This document shows, piece by piece, positions 50,612 to 64,000 of a DNA stretch of 64,000 nt (the stretch's first letter is position 1; every line of letters begins with the position of its first letter). The DNA comes from Macrostomum lignano (Eukaryota), in assembly GCA_002269645.1 (NCBI GenBank), contig NIVC01003738.1:15621-79620 (forward strand), given 5' to 3'. The notes below the pieces were generated by a model. That model did not search any database. It was not told the DNA's origin and saw only the letters and a list, made by a program, of their open reading frames with translations. The translations under genes were made by a program, and so were the position numbers.

Positions 50612-51308
50612 GGGAATTGCTGAGATGTCAAGGCTGAGGTCAAAAGCTGATTTGACCAGGAAATTGAGCAGAGATTTGAGCAGAGATTTGAGCAGAGATT
50701 TGACCACATGTAGTTTATTTTTAAAAAATTTTCCACTCTTTGTTGGCTCCCCTACGTGGGGCGCTCATTGCTGGGCAGACTGCCTTTTTTATTACAAAAT
50801 ATCCAAAAGGCCTCAAGAGTTCAGTACAGGGCCTCACTAGCAAATCGCCCAGACTCCATCATCTCGAGTCTAATCGGAGTCCGCATAGTCCGATTATTCC
50901 TAGAAAGTACTTCATGGTGTTACGAATCCTCGAAGTACGAGTTGTACAAGCAAATGTCAATGACTTAGTCAACAAAATCACTCGGGTTTATAAAAAATGC
51001 AGGTTTATCAATCTTTATAAGCTTCGTGTACGAGTCCTACAGTTGCCACCTGAGACAAAAACATTGCTCCATCCAGAAAATAAAGCATGGTCAAAGTCAG
51101 AAGTAGAGCTATATCATTGTGATTTCTATTCAAAGACCATATTTCCTGCAGAGTCCAGTAACTCTATCTGTCTGTAGCTCAGCACATCAACTTGAGCTGT
51201 TTCAATCGCCCAATTGCAGAACTTCCAACGACTTTTTCTGTCAGTCGGTCTACTGGTATCAGCTTTGCAGTGAGTAGCGCGCATTTCATCAATTCTGTTC
51301 TTGAAAAG

Positions 51309-52382
51309 ACACAGACACGCAGACACTAAAGCAGACAGACAGACACGCAGACACTAAAGCAGACAGACAGACACGCAGACACTAAAGCAGACAGACAGAC
51401 ACGCAGACACTAAAGCAGACAGACAGACACGCAGACACTAAAGCAGACAGACAGACACGCAGACACTAAAGCAGACAGACAGACACGCAGACACTAAAGC
51501 AGACAGACAGACACGCAGACACTAAAGCAGACAGACAGACACGCAGACACTAAAGCAGACAGACAGACACGCAGACACTAAAGCAGACAGACAGACACGC
51601 AGACACTAAAGCAGACAGACAGACACGCAGACACTAAAGCAGACAGACAGACACGCAGACACTAAAGCAGACAGACAGACATGCAGACACTAAAGCAGAC
51701 AGACAGACATGCAGACACTAAAGCAGACAGACAGACATGCAGACACTAAAGCAGACAGACAGACACGCAGACACTAAAGCAGACAGACTGACACGCAGAC
51801 ACTAAAGCAGACAGACAGACACGCAGACACTAAAGCAGACAGACAGACACGCAGACACTATAAAGCAGACAGACAGACACGCAGACACTAAAGCAGACAG
51901 ACAGACATGCAGACACTAAAGCAGACAGACAGACATGCAGACACTAAAGCAGACAGACAGACATGCAGACACTAAAGCAGACAGACAGACACGCAGACAC
52001 TAAAGCAGACAGACAGACACGCAGACACTAAAGCAGACAGACAGACACGCAGACACTATAAAGCAGACAGACAGACACGCAGACACTAAAGCAGACAGAC
52101 AGACACGCAGACACTAAAGCAGACAGACAGACACGCAGACACTAAAGCAGACAGACAGACACGCAGACACTAAAGCAGACAGACAGACACGCAGACACTA
52201 AAGCAGACAGACAGACACGCAGACACTAAAGCAGACAGACAGACATGCAGACACTAAAGCAGACAGACAGACATGCAGACACTAAAGCAGACAGACAGAC
52301 ACGCAGACACTAAAGCAGACAGACAGACATGCAGACACTAAAGCAGACAGACAGACATGCAGACACTAAGACAGACACTGGG

Positions 52383-52417
<35 letters not shown>

Positions 52418-52418
52418 A

Positions 52419-52467
<49 letters not shown>

Positions 52468-52840
52468 CAGACAGACACGAAGACACTACGGCTCTAAGAC
52501 AGACAGACACTAAGACACGCAGACACTACACAAGATAATAAGAGACCCAGACACTAAGACAGCCAGACACTACACAAGATACTATGACACCCAGACACTA
52601 AGACACTCAGACACTAAGACACGCAGACACTACACAAGATACTATGACACCCAGACACTAAGACACTCAGACACTAAGACACGCAGACACTACACAAGAT
52701 AATAAGAGACCCAGACACTAAGACAGCCAGACACTACACAAGATACTATGACACCCAGACACTAAGACACTCAGACACTAAGACACGCAGACACTACACA
52801 AGACACTAAGACACCCAGACACTCCACAAGACACTAAGAC
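51309..52840. repeat. 28-bp satellite (ACACGCAGACACTAAAGCAGACAGACAG)n followed by GACA and GACACTAA blocks
   Basis: Direct inspection; paralogous position to 8270-14271. Confidence 0.95.
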
Positions 52841-53339
52841 AGGCGCTACCAAAGTACCAAAGCTGCAATAATTTCAACGCAAAGCTGAACAAAACTTCAA
52901 TCAGAATCGAAGCCGCCAATCACTACTGCGTGAACCAGCTGACGCTAAAAATCAGTCTGGACGATTTCTATCACCGCGACGAGATTTTGATTCCGCAACT
53001 GCCGCACGAGACTGAGGTCAGTGAGGTGCGCCATCGCAGGTGCAGGTGGATTGTAAGCTTCAACACCGGCAGCAAATGCACGCAGCTGGTACTGGCTGGG
53101 TTGCCAGCTCGGGAGAACTCCAGTTTCAGTTCGACTGACAGCCGTTTAAGATTCACCTCGATGTCGAATGCAAAAACGACCGTCTTACCTGGAATATTCC
53201 ATGTCGTTCCTTTGGAGAGCAAGTACGTTACCTGTAGTCAGTGCTTGTCGCTTTATTACCATTATTTCGCCCAACACAAGTGAAATGGAAAATTTGCAAT
53301 AAAGACTCCCTGCACGGAGGCGGCCTCTCCTGCGTGCGC

Positions 53340-53535
53340 CCTACCCCGTGCTCTGTGCTGATTGGCTGCGGCCAGCCCGTCTGTGACACGAAGGCTGCGC
53401 CCTGCCCCGTGCCCTGTGCTGATTGGCTGCGGCCAGCCCGTCTGTGACACGAAGGCTGCGCCCCGCCCCGTGCCCTGTGCTGATTTGCTGCGGCCAGCCC
53501 GTCTGTGACACGAAGGCTGCGCCCTGCCCTGCGCG
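53340..53535. repeat. 61-bp tandem repeat x3 containing ATTGG (CCAAT) boxes, in an A3 intron
   Basis: Period 61 (53355, 53416, 53477); single unit in A1 at about 14765-14850. Confidence 0.85.
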
Positions 53536-54130
53536 GGGTTCTGATTGGCTGGCCTTATGCGCAGTTGGCGGGCTTCGCTGATGGGGTCGCCTAGTCCCGC
53601 CCTATTGTACGGGTTTTTCTTTATTATTTATTACTTTTTTTGCTTCCTGTTGGGTCTTGGTTCCATGGCGACGAATCATTCACGGTAGCTGACTTTGGAG
53701 GTCAGGTAAGCAGCCTATTCAGCTGTGTACAAACCGAGGCCAACTCTGCTTAACCTGCAGCGTTAGCGGCACTTCAGACTAATTTAATTTACACGTACAG
53801 AATATAAATAAATAAACTGATTACAGTAGAAAAGCATGAGGTGTTCTTAGCTTTAAATCTAAGTTCCTAGGTTACACACCGTTTGCAGCAAAATCTTGGG
53901 ATCCGCGAGCTGATGGCCAAAATGCTGCAAACTACAGATTTCTGCTGCCACTTCCCAGCATCTGCAGCCGCGACATGCTGAGCTACCGGAGCAGCTGCTT
54001 TGCTGTTGTCTCACTTCAGCAGAGCTTGACAGATGCGCTGTCCAGCATCAGGGGTGACGCTCAGCTAGCCAGCTTCACCAGTTGGTCCGAGATAGAGGAG
54101 TTCATTGCATCAAGTGAGTGGTTTTCACAT

Positions 54131-54535
<405 letters not shown>

Positions 54536-55869
54536 TTGATAACTTGAAACTCTAGACAGAGAGGTATTGTGAGCAAGTGTTAAAAATAGAATTATTGGCT
54601 TCCAGTGAAATTTTCACGACTTGCGAGTCCAAAAGTCCTTCTGCTTGAGTTGCTCATGCTCTTAACAATTATCTTTATAGTAAGTCTCCAAATAGCTGAC
54701 CCTCTTTCATACAAAAAGTCACATCAACATTGCAGTAAGATCGCGAATGCCTCTGGCGGCAACTGTGTTTCGTTGAGAGTCGACTCAAACGGACCTGTTA
54801 TTGCCTTTGTTAACTGCAACATCCCGATGCTGTCGCTAGTCAGCTTCCCAGAGACTCATTCCGGTCTCAGCCAGTTGGACTGCAATATATCAGGCAGATT
54901 GTCTGACTTGTTCTCCGCAAATGAGGCTGTGAAACAGGTGAAAGCGGATGCTTCAATGAAGTTGCAGGGTGACGAAGACGATCGTGTGCCACCAGGAGTA
55001 TCAAGTTTCGAGCTCAATGAAGCTATGAGAGGGAGTGAAAATCAACCTTCAGCCAGCAATCAGAAGGCTCCCTTTGCCATACCGGTCATCGCGGCAATAC
55101 TCCAATACTCTTTGTTTTTACTCTGTTTTTACTTTACACAACTTTTTACTTTCTGAACTATTTCTATTGTCAATCGCATTCAAGTACCGCCTCTGCATAG
55201 GTAATTCTGCAAACTTAGTTTTTTTGATTTAGATAAAACTCAAAAACTCTAAGTACTTCAGATTAATAATGATGCCTAGTAAAAGGCTGAAATGATTTGT
55301 GTTTTATTAACGTATTGATTTTCAGTTTAGTGCTAATCATATTTACTATCGATATTATTCATGTATATAAATTGAGTATAAGCCAGTCGGTGTTTATCAT
55401 TATTTTTTAACTAAACACACAAATTGATCAATTCATTTTTACAGTGTAAACGGGTTCAATTTTTTTATTAGCATGAGACATTTTAAAACACTGAGAGGAG
55501 CTATTTACTACCTACCAGGCAGATGCTTGGCTTGAAGTAAATCCTGATTTCTGCGTCAGCTGCTTTGGCTATTACAGAATACAGAGTCACAGAGTAATAA
55601 ATAAGCCAAACTGACTAAATTCAAATGTAAGGATTCAAAACATTCACATAAATGCTTAAAATAGCCTTAGTAAAAACAGTCCATTTTTCAGGGACATTAA
55701 CTGTAGCAGCAGTTCAAGGCAATCGTCGGAGAGGCGGCATATTGATGTAAACAAAGCAGGCAGTCATAAAATCTTCAAGTCCAAGCTGCATCCATCGCAC
55801 ACTGCGTAAAACTTTTAAGTAAAAATCGACATTAGCGAAAGCTTTCTTTAGCTAAATATTAGATTTTCA

Positions 55870-58800
55870 ATGAAGGATTTTTACAAATTGCTGCAGTTGT
55901 TGCTGCTATGCAACACGAGATTCACCGCCAGCAACCCAGACTGCTCCTCCACGAGTCAAGCCGGTGAGGCCAGCGAATTTAGCACGTAAAATGCATATCA
56001 ACTCCAGCTAACACAGAGATTGAAAGTAAGCACTATCTACTCTTTTCCAGTGACAGTGCAGCTGAGCAGGGCTGACGTTCTGCGCACCTGGCAACCCAGC
56101 GGTGCGCACTGCCGTTGGTGGGAGAGTCGGCAGTCAGAGACAAACCGATTCCCTGCTGCTGTGCGGCCCGGGCCTCGGTGGCTTGTGATGCAGCTGACGC
56201 AGCCGATGATGCTGGAGGCGGTAAGCGTGCGAGACTGGGGTGAGTGACGCTGACCGACTCATTCTCATGATGCATGATGAGGCAGAGGGAGCCTTGGACC
56301 CAAAGTGTGAGACAGTGTGATGCTAGCATCTAATTAGCACTCTGAGACAGTGTGAGACCAGCTAGTATCTAATTAGCACTCTGAGACAGTGTGAGACCAG
56401 CTAGCATCTAATTAGCACTCTGAGACAGTGTGAGACCAGCTAGCATCTAATTAGCACTCTGAGACAGTGTGAGACCAGCTAGCATCTAATTAGCACTCTG
56501 AGACGGTGTGAGACCAGCTAGCATCTAATCAGCACTCTGAGACAGTGTGAGATCAGCTAGCATCTAATTAGCACTCTGAGACAGTGTGAGACCAGCTAGC
56601 ATCTAATTAGCACTCTGAGACAGTGTGAGACCAGCTAGCATCTAATTAGCATCTAATTAGCACTCTGAGACAGTGTAAGACCAGCTAGCATCTAATTAGC
56701 ACTCTGAGACACTATGATACCAGCTAGCATCTAATTAGCACTCTGAGACAGTGTGAGACCAGCTAGCATCTAATTAGCACTCTGAGACAGTGTGAGACCA
56801 GCTAGCATCTAATTAGCACTCTGAGACAGTGTGAGACCAGCTAGCATCTAATTAGCACTCTGAGACAGTGTAAGACAAGCTAGCATCTAATTAGCACTCT
56901 GAGACAGTGTGAGACCAGCTAGTATCTAATTAGCACTCTGAGACAGTGTGAGACCAGCTAGCATCTAATTAGCACTCTGAGACAGTGTGAGACCAGCTAG
57001 CATGTAATTAGCACTCTGAGACAGTGTGAGACCAGCTAGCATCTAATTAGCACTCTGAGACAGTGTGAGACCAGCTAGCATCTAATTAGCACTCTGAGAC
57101 AGTGTGAGACCAGCTAGCATCTAATTAGCACTCTGAGACAGTGTGAGACCAGCTAGCATCTAATTAGCACTCTGAGACAGTGTGAGACCAGCTAGCAGCC
57201 AAGCACTCGTGTTGCAGATGGCCAGTGGCACGCAGCAGCTCCGGTCGGCTCGCCTGTGTCAGCGGTCGGAGCCTCGAGCCTCCCGCTGGAGCTGCAGCTG
57301 GAGGATCCGTGCCGCGCCAGCTGGGAGGCCTTCGGCAGCAGCGACCGCTGGAGGCAGATTGGGGTGAACGGAGTAGATCAAGTAAGCTGCTTCATTTGAA
57401 TTATCTTATCATAATAATGAAATTAATAAATCCATCCATTTCACACTTCAGCCCGTAGTTCGTTTCCTTGTGCTAAGTAGCTTGAGAACTGCTGGACTTA
57501 GCTGGAGGGCCGTCTCATTAACAGGTTCCAAAGAGACTTTTAAATTTTATGAAGTTATCACTGAATCATAGCTTATTGTGAATTAAGTGCTTTAGAAGCA
57601 GGTGCAATTTTTCTTGTAGGTCGCTTTCTACCGCTGAGCCTCACAGTAACTGACAACCGTTTTTGCCCTCTGAGAGACCTGTCCGCCTTGCACGATGGAG
57701 TTGAAGCCTGCTTCTCTGTTTCAAGATGTACCAGCGAATCAATTCAATGCTTCTTTAACCTAAGCAATGGCGCAACTCTGGAGCCGAGACTGGTCTGCTC
57801 AACTCTTCTTTATAGCGTGCTATCAATACTTCTTCTTGCACTGACTTGATACAAAATTCGCTTTTTCAGCTACGAAGCCAAAAGCAGCAAGCTGAATTCG
57901 AGTTCACAGCCAATTTCTCGCTGCACGGAGCACTGCTCACCTGTCTTCTGCCTGATCGGCCAGGGATTCGAATCGAGCAGACCATTGGAATCGTTGGTGA
58001 GAAAGAAGTGTCTGCCTGAGTTAAAAAATGTATTTTAAGTCCGCTTTGAAGATTACAAAGCGAAACATGCACTTTTCAGTCACACCAAGTGTTGAACTGT
58101 CGTTATCAACCGTGTGGGTGATTGGTCGCAGAGCCAAGGTGCACTTTTTCTCAAGCCCAGCTTATCCTCCTCAGCAGCACAGGTGCCAAATTATCTCTGG
58201 CAGCAGCACCTGGGAACTGAATGAGCATTTTAGTAAGGTAAGTAGTATTATATTATTGTTGAAAATGCTGTACCTTGCCCAATCATGTACTTTTCCATGA
58301 AATAAACTTCCAGACTAGACAGGCTTATATCAGGAACAGCATCAACATGTCGCTAACTGAAGTAAAGTCTGAATTTGTTGTCACAGTCACGTCAGACATG
58401 CTGAATGGCACCGTGAGATGCAGTAGCAGCTATAAAAGTACAAGTCAAGGAGAAGTCATGAAAGATATCGATATTTCAAGCATCAGCGGTAAGTGCTTGC
58501 ATTAGAGAATCTCCTATACGCCCGATTGGAAGAGCCATAAAATCTCCTCATTTCAGAGCCTTGCACAACTGCCATTCATGTAGACAACATCCAGTACTCG
58601 TATCAGGTTGTACAAGTGACGTCACTGAAGTGCAGCATTTGGAATGTTCAGCACAGCTGCTGGCTTGTCAAGCCCAAAGAAGATGTCCTGGAGCATCTAA
58701 TTAAGCTTGCTGTACGGTTCTTTGATTTTGTAATAATGCTTTTTATTCAGAAGTTACTGCAACAATATCTGATGTCTTCTATTGCAGCAAGACGGCTTCA

Positions 58801-61119
58801 GCAGCACTCACAGGTTGAATATTATGAAACAAGAGCAGAAAAGAGACTGGCTAGTGAGATGCAGCGTTAATCAGTCGGGAGTGACATACCCGGATGTGGA
58901 AATTGAGTTAGCAAGCGATGCTGACAGTGAGTCAAACGATGCATTCAATCACTGTTAATTGTTCCAATGCAAGTTCAAAGGTTTTTTACCACTTAAATCT
59001 ACACTACACGTTGCTACATTTGTACTCGTATTAATACGAGCGTAATGCAAGAGACCTGCGAGCACCCCGACGCTACGTCTTCGGCGACCTTGTCCGCAAT
59101 CAGCTGCCCGTTCCGCTCACTCCTGATCACATACGAGCGTACGAGCGCCTCAATACTGCACACAGGCACGCACTCATACGCACGCTCCCACAAGGTGTAC
59201 TGCGGCCCTGACTTTCTAAGCGTCAGGCATGTACCTCTCTGGGCCTTAAGGGCTGGTCCTCATGAGCACTGAGCACGTTTGCTCTACTCACCTCCAGAAT
59301 AAAAACAAATGAGCGTTTTTAATATTATAAACTGTACTCGTTCGTATTCTGTTGGCTGCCATTAAAGCGACTTTTGATAACAGTCAACCCACAGCCAGCG
59401 TGGAGTCGACCCAAATTAATTGGTCATTCCACATGTAAGCACTCGAGAGTGCTTACTTAAGCAACTATTCTTAATCGTTAAATTTTCAGGTAGTGTATCT
59501 TCATTTGCTTATTACCCCTCGTAACTTTGAGGTTGTAACTGTTGCGAGCCTAAGTGTTCGATGTGTAACTACTCTGCCACTTACTAACCCCACTTTCTTC
59601 AGCTTTCTACTATCAGTGTGGACTGAGTTGCATAATTTTGCCGATTTTATCTGCCCTCGGCCTCATCCTGAGCTGCATGATTATTCGAAGAATTCGCCGC
59701 GCTAAATCAGCAAAGCCAAACTCGACTTCAAGTAGAAGTTCGACATTTAGAGGACGACGTACCCTCCTCTCGAGTGCGGCCACCTCGCCGCAGGCACAGG
59801 TAGGGTTAGCCACAGATTTAGTTTGTACATTAGGGCACGCATGTAAGTGTCAAATACTGGTGTTTTGATGAAGAATAGCTTTAAACTTAAAAGAAAATTC
59901 TAGCTACCCGGGGTTGTTTTGGCTATTCGCTCAAGCACTTTTGCTATTGGCTTTTGCCTGAAACTGAAGCTATTTCTTAGATTAGCCTGGACACAGATTG
60001 CCTGGTAAATAGCGCTGCTTATCTGATCAGATTTCAGGTGTGCACAGAAGCACAGTTCTAATTAGAACTTCCCTCAGCCTGAACGGCAATATTACATAAG
60101 TCCATGTGACTAAAATTTAGCAGTGAATTTCGGTGCATCTAATACCAGCTTTTCTAGAGCTAGATCCACTTTTGTTTCTTTAAAAGTTTAATTCCCATTC
60201 TAAATAGCAATATAGTAGAGATATTCTGTTGAGTTTGTGAAATGAATTGCGATCGCTTTCAATCAAGCGTGCTATGGCCTGCACGAGTATTCTATGAAGC
60301 CGTAGCCCATTGGTCAATCATGGATGAATAAAACCTTTGGTCTAGTGCGGCGCTCTGATGTGCCAGCGGCCCAGGCTCGATTCCAAGTGCAGTCATTAAT
60401 TTGGGGCTAAATTGGAATCTCGGCTTGGCTCTGCTCGTGCAATTAACGCCCCTGATCAGGGCCAACCCCCAAGGCACAGTGAAGTGCACATGTCTAAGAT
60501 AAAGTTAGGGCCGCTGTAAACTCCTGTGTGAGTGAGTGCCTGTGCGTATGACTGCGTACGTATCGCGCGCTTGTGTGCCTGCTCAGGGGAGTCGGGGGAA
60601 TGGGCAGCAATGCCTCTCGCCGGTTGTGACAATGTCGCCTAAAGTGCATCATGGGTGCAAACAGCTCCTTGCCTGTAACAAAAAAATGGCCCTTATATTC
60701 CGTAGCCCAGAATCATGAGCAGGCTGAACTGCTAGATAGACAAGGAAGAAGCTGGCGTGATCAAAGCAATCTGTTAACTTTCTCACCTTTAAGGCCTATT
60801 AAAGTATCATGTTAAAATTCTTCAAAAGAAATGACTCTGAATAACAGAAATCAATCGTTTCCACCCCCAGCGAGCGGCACCACAGCTCACTCATCATCAG
60901 GTTGATTCCTCGGCGTCAGTGAGCACAGGTGGTCCACCACCTGCAGAAAGCAGCAGCCGCGGCAATGAAAACAAGTCAATTAGCAGTCAAGAGACCGACC
61001 CAGTGTACGAAGAAGTATCTTTGTGTGTCTACAGGCCGGTGCACCCGCTGCCACGGTACTCACGGCAGTTCTCAGAAAAAAATTGTCGACGCGCCCACGA
61101 CTCCAGTCGGTTTGATTGA
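55870..61119 (+). CDS. Family B copy B4: intact 630-aa type I membrane receptor (signal peptide, discoidin-like, 3 Ig-like, TM, Tyr-motif tail)
   Basis: Twelve GT-AG exons, all phases consistent and no stops: 55870-55963, 56051-56239, 57218-57381, 57452-57524, 57620-57792, 57870-57996, 58080-58237, 58314-58488, 58557-58711, 58788-58926, 59603-59799 (TM GLSCIILPILSALGLILSCMII then RRIRR), 60871-61119 (PVYEEVSLCVYRPV). Total 1893 nt. Confidence 0.82.
56322..57197. repeat. 39-bp minisatellite, about 22 units
   Basis: Same unit as 18498. Confidence 0.96.
60339..60645 (+). mobile_element. SINE family 2 in the last intron of B4
   Basis: Reverse complement of 6139-6480. Confidence 0.75.
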
Positions 61120-62179
61120 AACTCTTGATCACATTCTGTAGGAACCATTGAATAGAATGCACTGCAAACGGCACTTCGAGTATGTTCAGTAAACATTCTG
61201 ATTCTACAAAAATAGGGATTGCTTCATCACTATTTGTATTACTAATATTATCATTATTAAATGCACACACCCAGTGTTTTGAGTTTATTTTTTACGATAT
61301 TATTTGAGGCAACCTTATAAACACAGCGAAATAAGAAATTAAAAAAAGCTAGTGCGCAACGTTTTTTGGCGCAAATCGAAATTTAAAATAGAATCTCATA
61401 TGCGCAAACAAATTATTCGAGATTCTTTTCGGTACCGATATGAAGCCTCAGGGCAGTTGCATTCTGGCCTGCGTCATGCCTTTGATGTATTTTTTGGGAT
61501 TTCCATTATAAGAAGGGCCAGATAGAGAATCTAGCGCATTACTGTGGAGAGAGGAGAGGGAGAGAAAGAAAAGGGAGAGAAAAAGAGAAGAGATAATACA
61601 GTTGAGAGAGACAAGCTTTGTGCGGACTGCATTGCTATTTTGAAGTTTCAAAGGACCAGATGCGTATTAGATAGAGAGACTTCGCAGGTCGCATGTTACC
61701 TGGGAACCGCAGTTTGCCAACCCCTGTTTTAGAGTTATTACGTAAAGTACTTTATCCTCTGTAGGAAGTCGCTGTTAAATTCGAAACTTTATCCATGATT
61801 TCCTGTTCAAACTTATAACAGGAGCACAATAAAAGTTCCCACTACACCTAAGCAGGAAACGAACTTCACTTCCTACACAGCACCCACATGGCATTTTGGG
61901 CAGGTCCTGTTCTCATAAGATATCTTTGGTCTCGCAGTCCTCATATATTGCTTTGCAGGCCAGTTTGTGGTTCGCTAATCTAAACTGTAACAGGGTGTGC
62001 TTAAATTCAATTCCAGCTCAAAAGCCAGCTCTGTGTGCTCTGATTGATTTTGCTACTCGTCCATGCTGACAGTTTCGCATCATTTTGCTGTTGACTTTAG
62101 CTGCAATGCCAGCCTCTGTAGCTATATTGTTGACTATATATGGTTAGCTATATATGGTTAGCTATATATGGTTAGCGTT

Positions 62180-62500
62180 GTAGTTTTAGTGGTTAGGGTT
62201 TCAGACTCACGACTTGAAGGTTGGGGGTTTGATTCCCGATCGGACTGGAACAATTTGTGTCGCTTGATTGAATTTGAATTTTGAATTTGAATTTTGCATT
62301 GCTTCATAGTTCACCCAGCTGTAAAATGGGTGCCAGCATTACTGGGGTAATTGAGGGTGTGTGGCGACCCCCAGTCCTTGGACTGAACAGCCGTACGCAG
62401 CCTTCAGATGCACCGCGAAATAGCTGCGGCTGAGCTGTCGGTTGCACATCTGGCCCCATTGGGGCAGGTGTAGTCAATAGTTATTGTTATTATTTATTTA
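62180..62500 (+). mobile_element. SINE family 1
   Basis: Shares AGTTCACCCAGCTGTAAAATGGGTGCCAGCATT...GTTGCACATCTGGCC with 4973-5270. Confidence 0.8.
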
Positions 62501-63109
62501 TTACGCAGTTATATGTAGTATTCACTGCTATCTGAAGACTTAGCAACTGAATAACTTTTTTCAAGTTTTTGCAAAATCTATTGTACATTCAATTGTATCG
62601 TCTAAAACTTTCGCTGTACTGTAAATAAAAAAATCGTAAAATGGTAAGTTGTACTTGCTTTAGGATTAGATAATTTAGACTCATACCTCGTTTCTGCGGA
62701 ATCTGAATTTAAAATTATAGAGAAGTTGATTTCAGTAGTCCCGAAGGAACATGCACGATCGTCTTTGCAACTATAGAATCATCCTGACGCATCTGAAACT
62801 TGTAATTTTAGCTTCAATATTGCAAACTAGACAGCGCAACGGCGACTATAATCAAATTCATAACTACAAAAAAGCGTACAACCAGAAATTCAGTTTGGGT
62901 TGTTCCTGCCTCGATGCTGCTTTCGAATTAAAGGTTACATAATGATCTGGCTGTCACAAACAGTAAGCATCTGTGACGGCAAGAAACACTGAACTTCGCT
63001 AGCTGCAGGTAAATTTAAGGCGTGATAAATTTCTGCCATCCAACAATATTATCAGCTGAAAGCATAATCCAAGCCAAGTTGCTCAACAAGAAACGAAAAA
63101 GAATACCAG

Positions 63110-63750
63110 ATGGATCACAATCTTGTATGCATTCTGGTGCTGTTACTGAGCTCAAGAATTGCATGCAATGCTCTGCTCTGCACTGATGCAAGTCACGAGA
63201 AGGGTCAGCTGAGTTACTTACTGCCTTTTGAGCCTTTCATTCATGCCTCAGAAAATTTAGCGAATCCTTTGCGATAAATGTTTTAGTGACAGTGCAGCTG
63301 AGCAGGGCTGACGTTCTGCGCACCTGGCAACCCAGCGGTGCGCACTGCCGTTGGTGGGAGAGTCGGCAGTGCTGGAGGCGGTGAGCTTGCGAGACCGGGG
63401 TGAGTGACGCTGACCGACTCATTCTCATGATGCATGATGAGGCAGAGGGAGTTTGAGACACAAAGTGTGAGACAGTGTGAGACCAGCTAGCATCTACGAG
63501 CGTAATTAGCACTCTGAGACAGTGTGAGACCAGCTAGCAGCCAAGCACTCGTGTTGCAGATGGCCAGTGGCGCCAAACACTCGTGTTGCAGATGGCCAGT
63601 GGCTCGCAGCAGCTCCGGTCGGCTCGCCCGTGTCAGCGGTCGGAGCCTCGAGCCTCCCGCTGGAGCTGCAGCTGGAGGATCCGTGCCGGCCAGCTGGAGG
63701 CCTTCGGCAGCAGCGACCGCTGGAGGCACCTTGGAAGATCTTACAACAAG
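63110..63750 (+). pseudogene. Family B copy B5 (5' part), frameshifted
   Basis: Signal exon 63110-63203 (MDHNLVCILVLLLSSRIACNA); exon 2 at 63287-63399 is 113 nt instead of 189 nt (76-nt deletion); exon 3 has a duplicated acceptor (63560 and 63592) and small deletions. Confidence 0.75.
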
Positions 63751-64000
63751 GTAGCAATGTTTACTCGAACCCGTTGTGTATCTTTGCGGGATCGGTATTT
63801 TTAATAAAAGCAAGATCGAGGGAAATTTTTGTTCAGGGTAAGGTCCGGTACATACTGGTCAGGAGCTGGACGAATGTTCGCTAAGTTGGAGGCCATGAAA
63901 CTGTCAGGTCTTTTATTAAATTATTAAATCATCCTACTTATAATGGATGCGTTAAATTTTGTGACAATCGAGGCGCAAGACTAGTGAGTTATCTTTTTTA

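Noticed and set aside
56322-57197. CRISPR-like appearance of the 39-bp, 21-bp and 26-bp arrays
   Set aside because: Head-to-tail repeats with no unique spacers, no cas genes, eukaryotic intron context.
61000-61050. Canonical ITAM in the B4 tail
   Set aside because: YEEV and YRPV are only 4 residues apart and end in Val; an ITAM needs YxxL/I-x6-8-YxxL/I. Reported only as tandem Tyr motifs.

Overview
Eukaryotic (invertebrate-type) genomic DNA. Short GT-AG introns, abundant micro/minisatellites, LTR elements and SINEs are reminiscent of a flatworm such as Macrostomum, but the species cannot be proven from sequence alone. The long ORFs in the track are mostly repeat translations or transposons. 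The main content is a spliced, all-plus-strand tandem cluster of two interleaved cell-surface gene families, in the order B1-A1-B2-A2-B3-A3-B4-B5. Family B, reconstructed by hand from splice sites and exon phases: signal peptide, F5/8-type-C (discoidin)-like domain, 3-5 degenerate Ig-like domains (each split over two exons, phase 1-0-1), one TM helix, and a tyrosine-motif tail (canonical ITIM SVYLVL in B1/B3, different Tyr motifs in B2 and B4). B4 (55870-61119) is a phase-consistent, stop-free 12-exon gene of 630 aa. Family A: CUB-like plus C-type-lectin-like domains with a C-terminal membrane anchor. The paralogs are exon-level mosaics with a homogenised N-terminal domain and swapped leaders, ectodomains and tails. 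This resembles an invertebrate allorecognition or paired immune receptor complex. Inserted elements: a deleted SAP-Gag Ty3/Gypsy element whose PBS extends 62 nt into tRNA-Leu with apparent modified-base misreading footprints, a deleted BEL/Pao element, an apparently intact piggyBac, a long-TIR piggyBac derivative, and two tRNA-derived SINE families. Domain names are pattern-based inferences and need HMM or structure confirmation. Indel and stop calls could include assembly errors.
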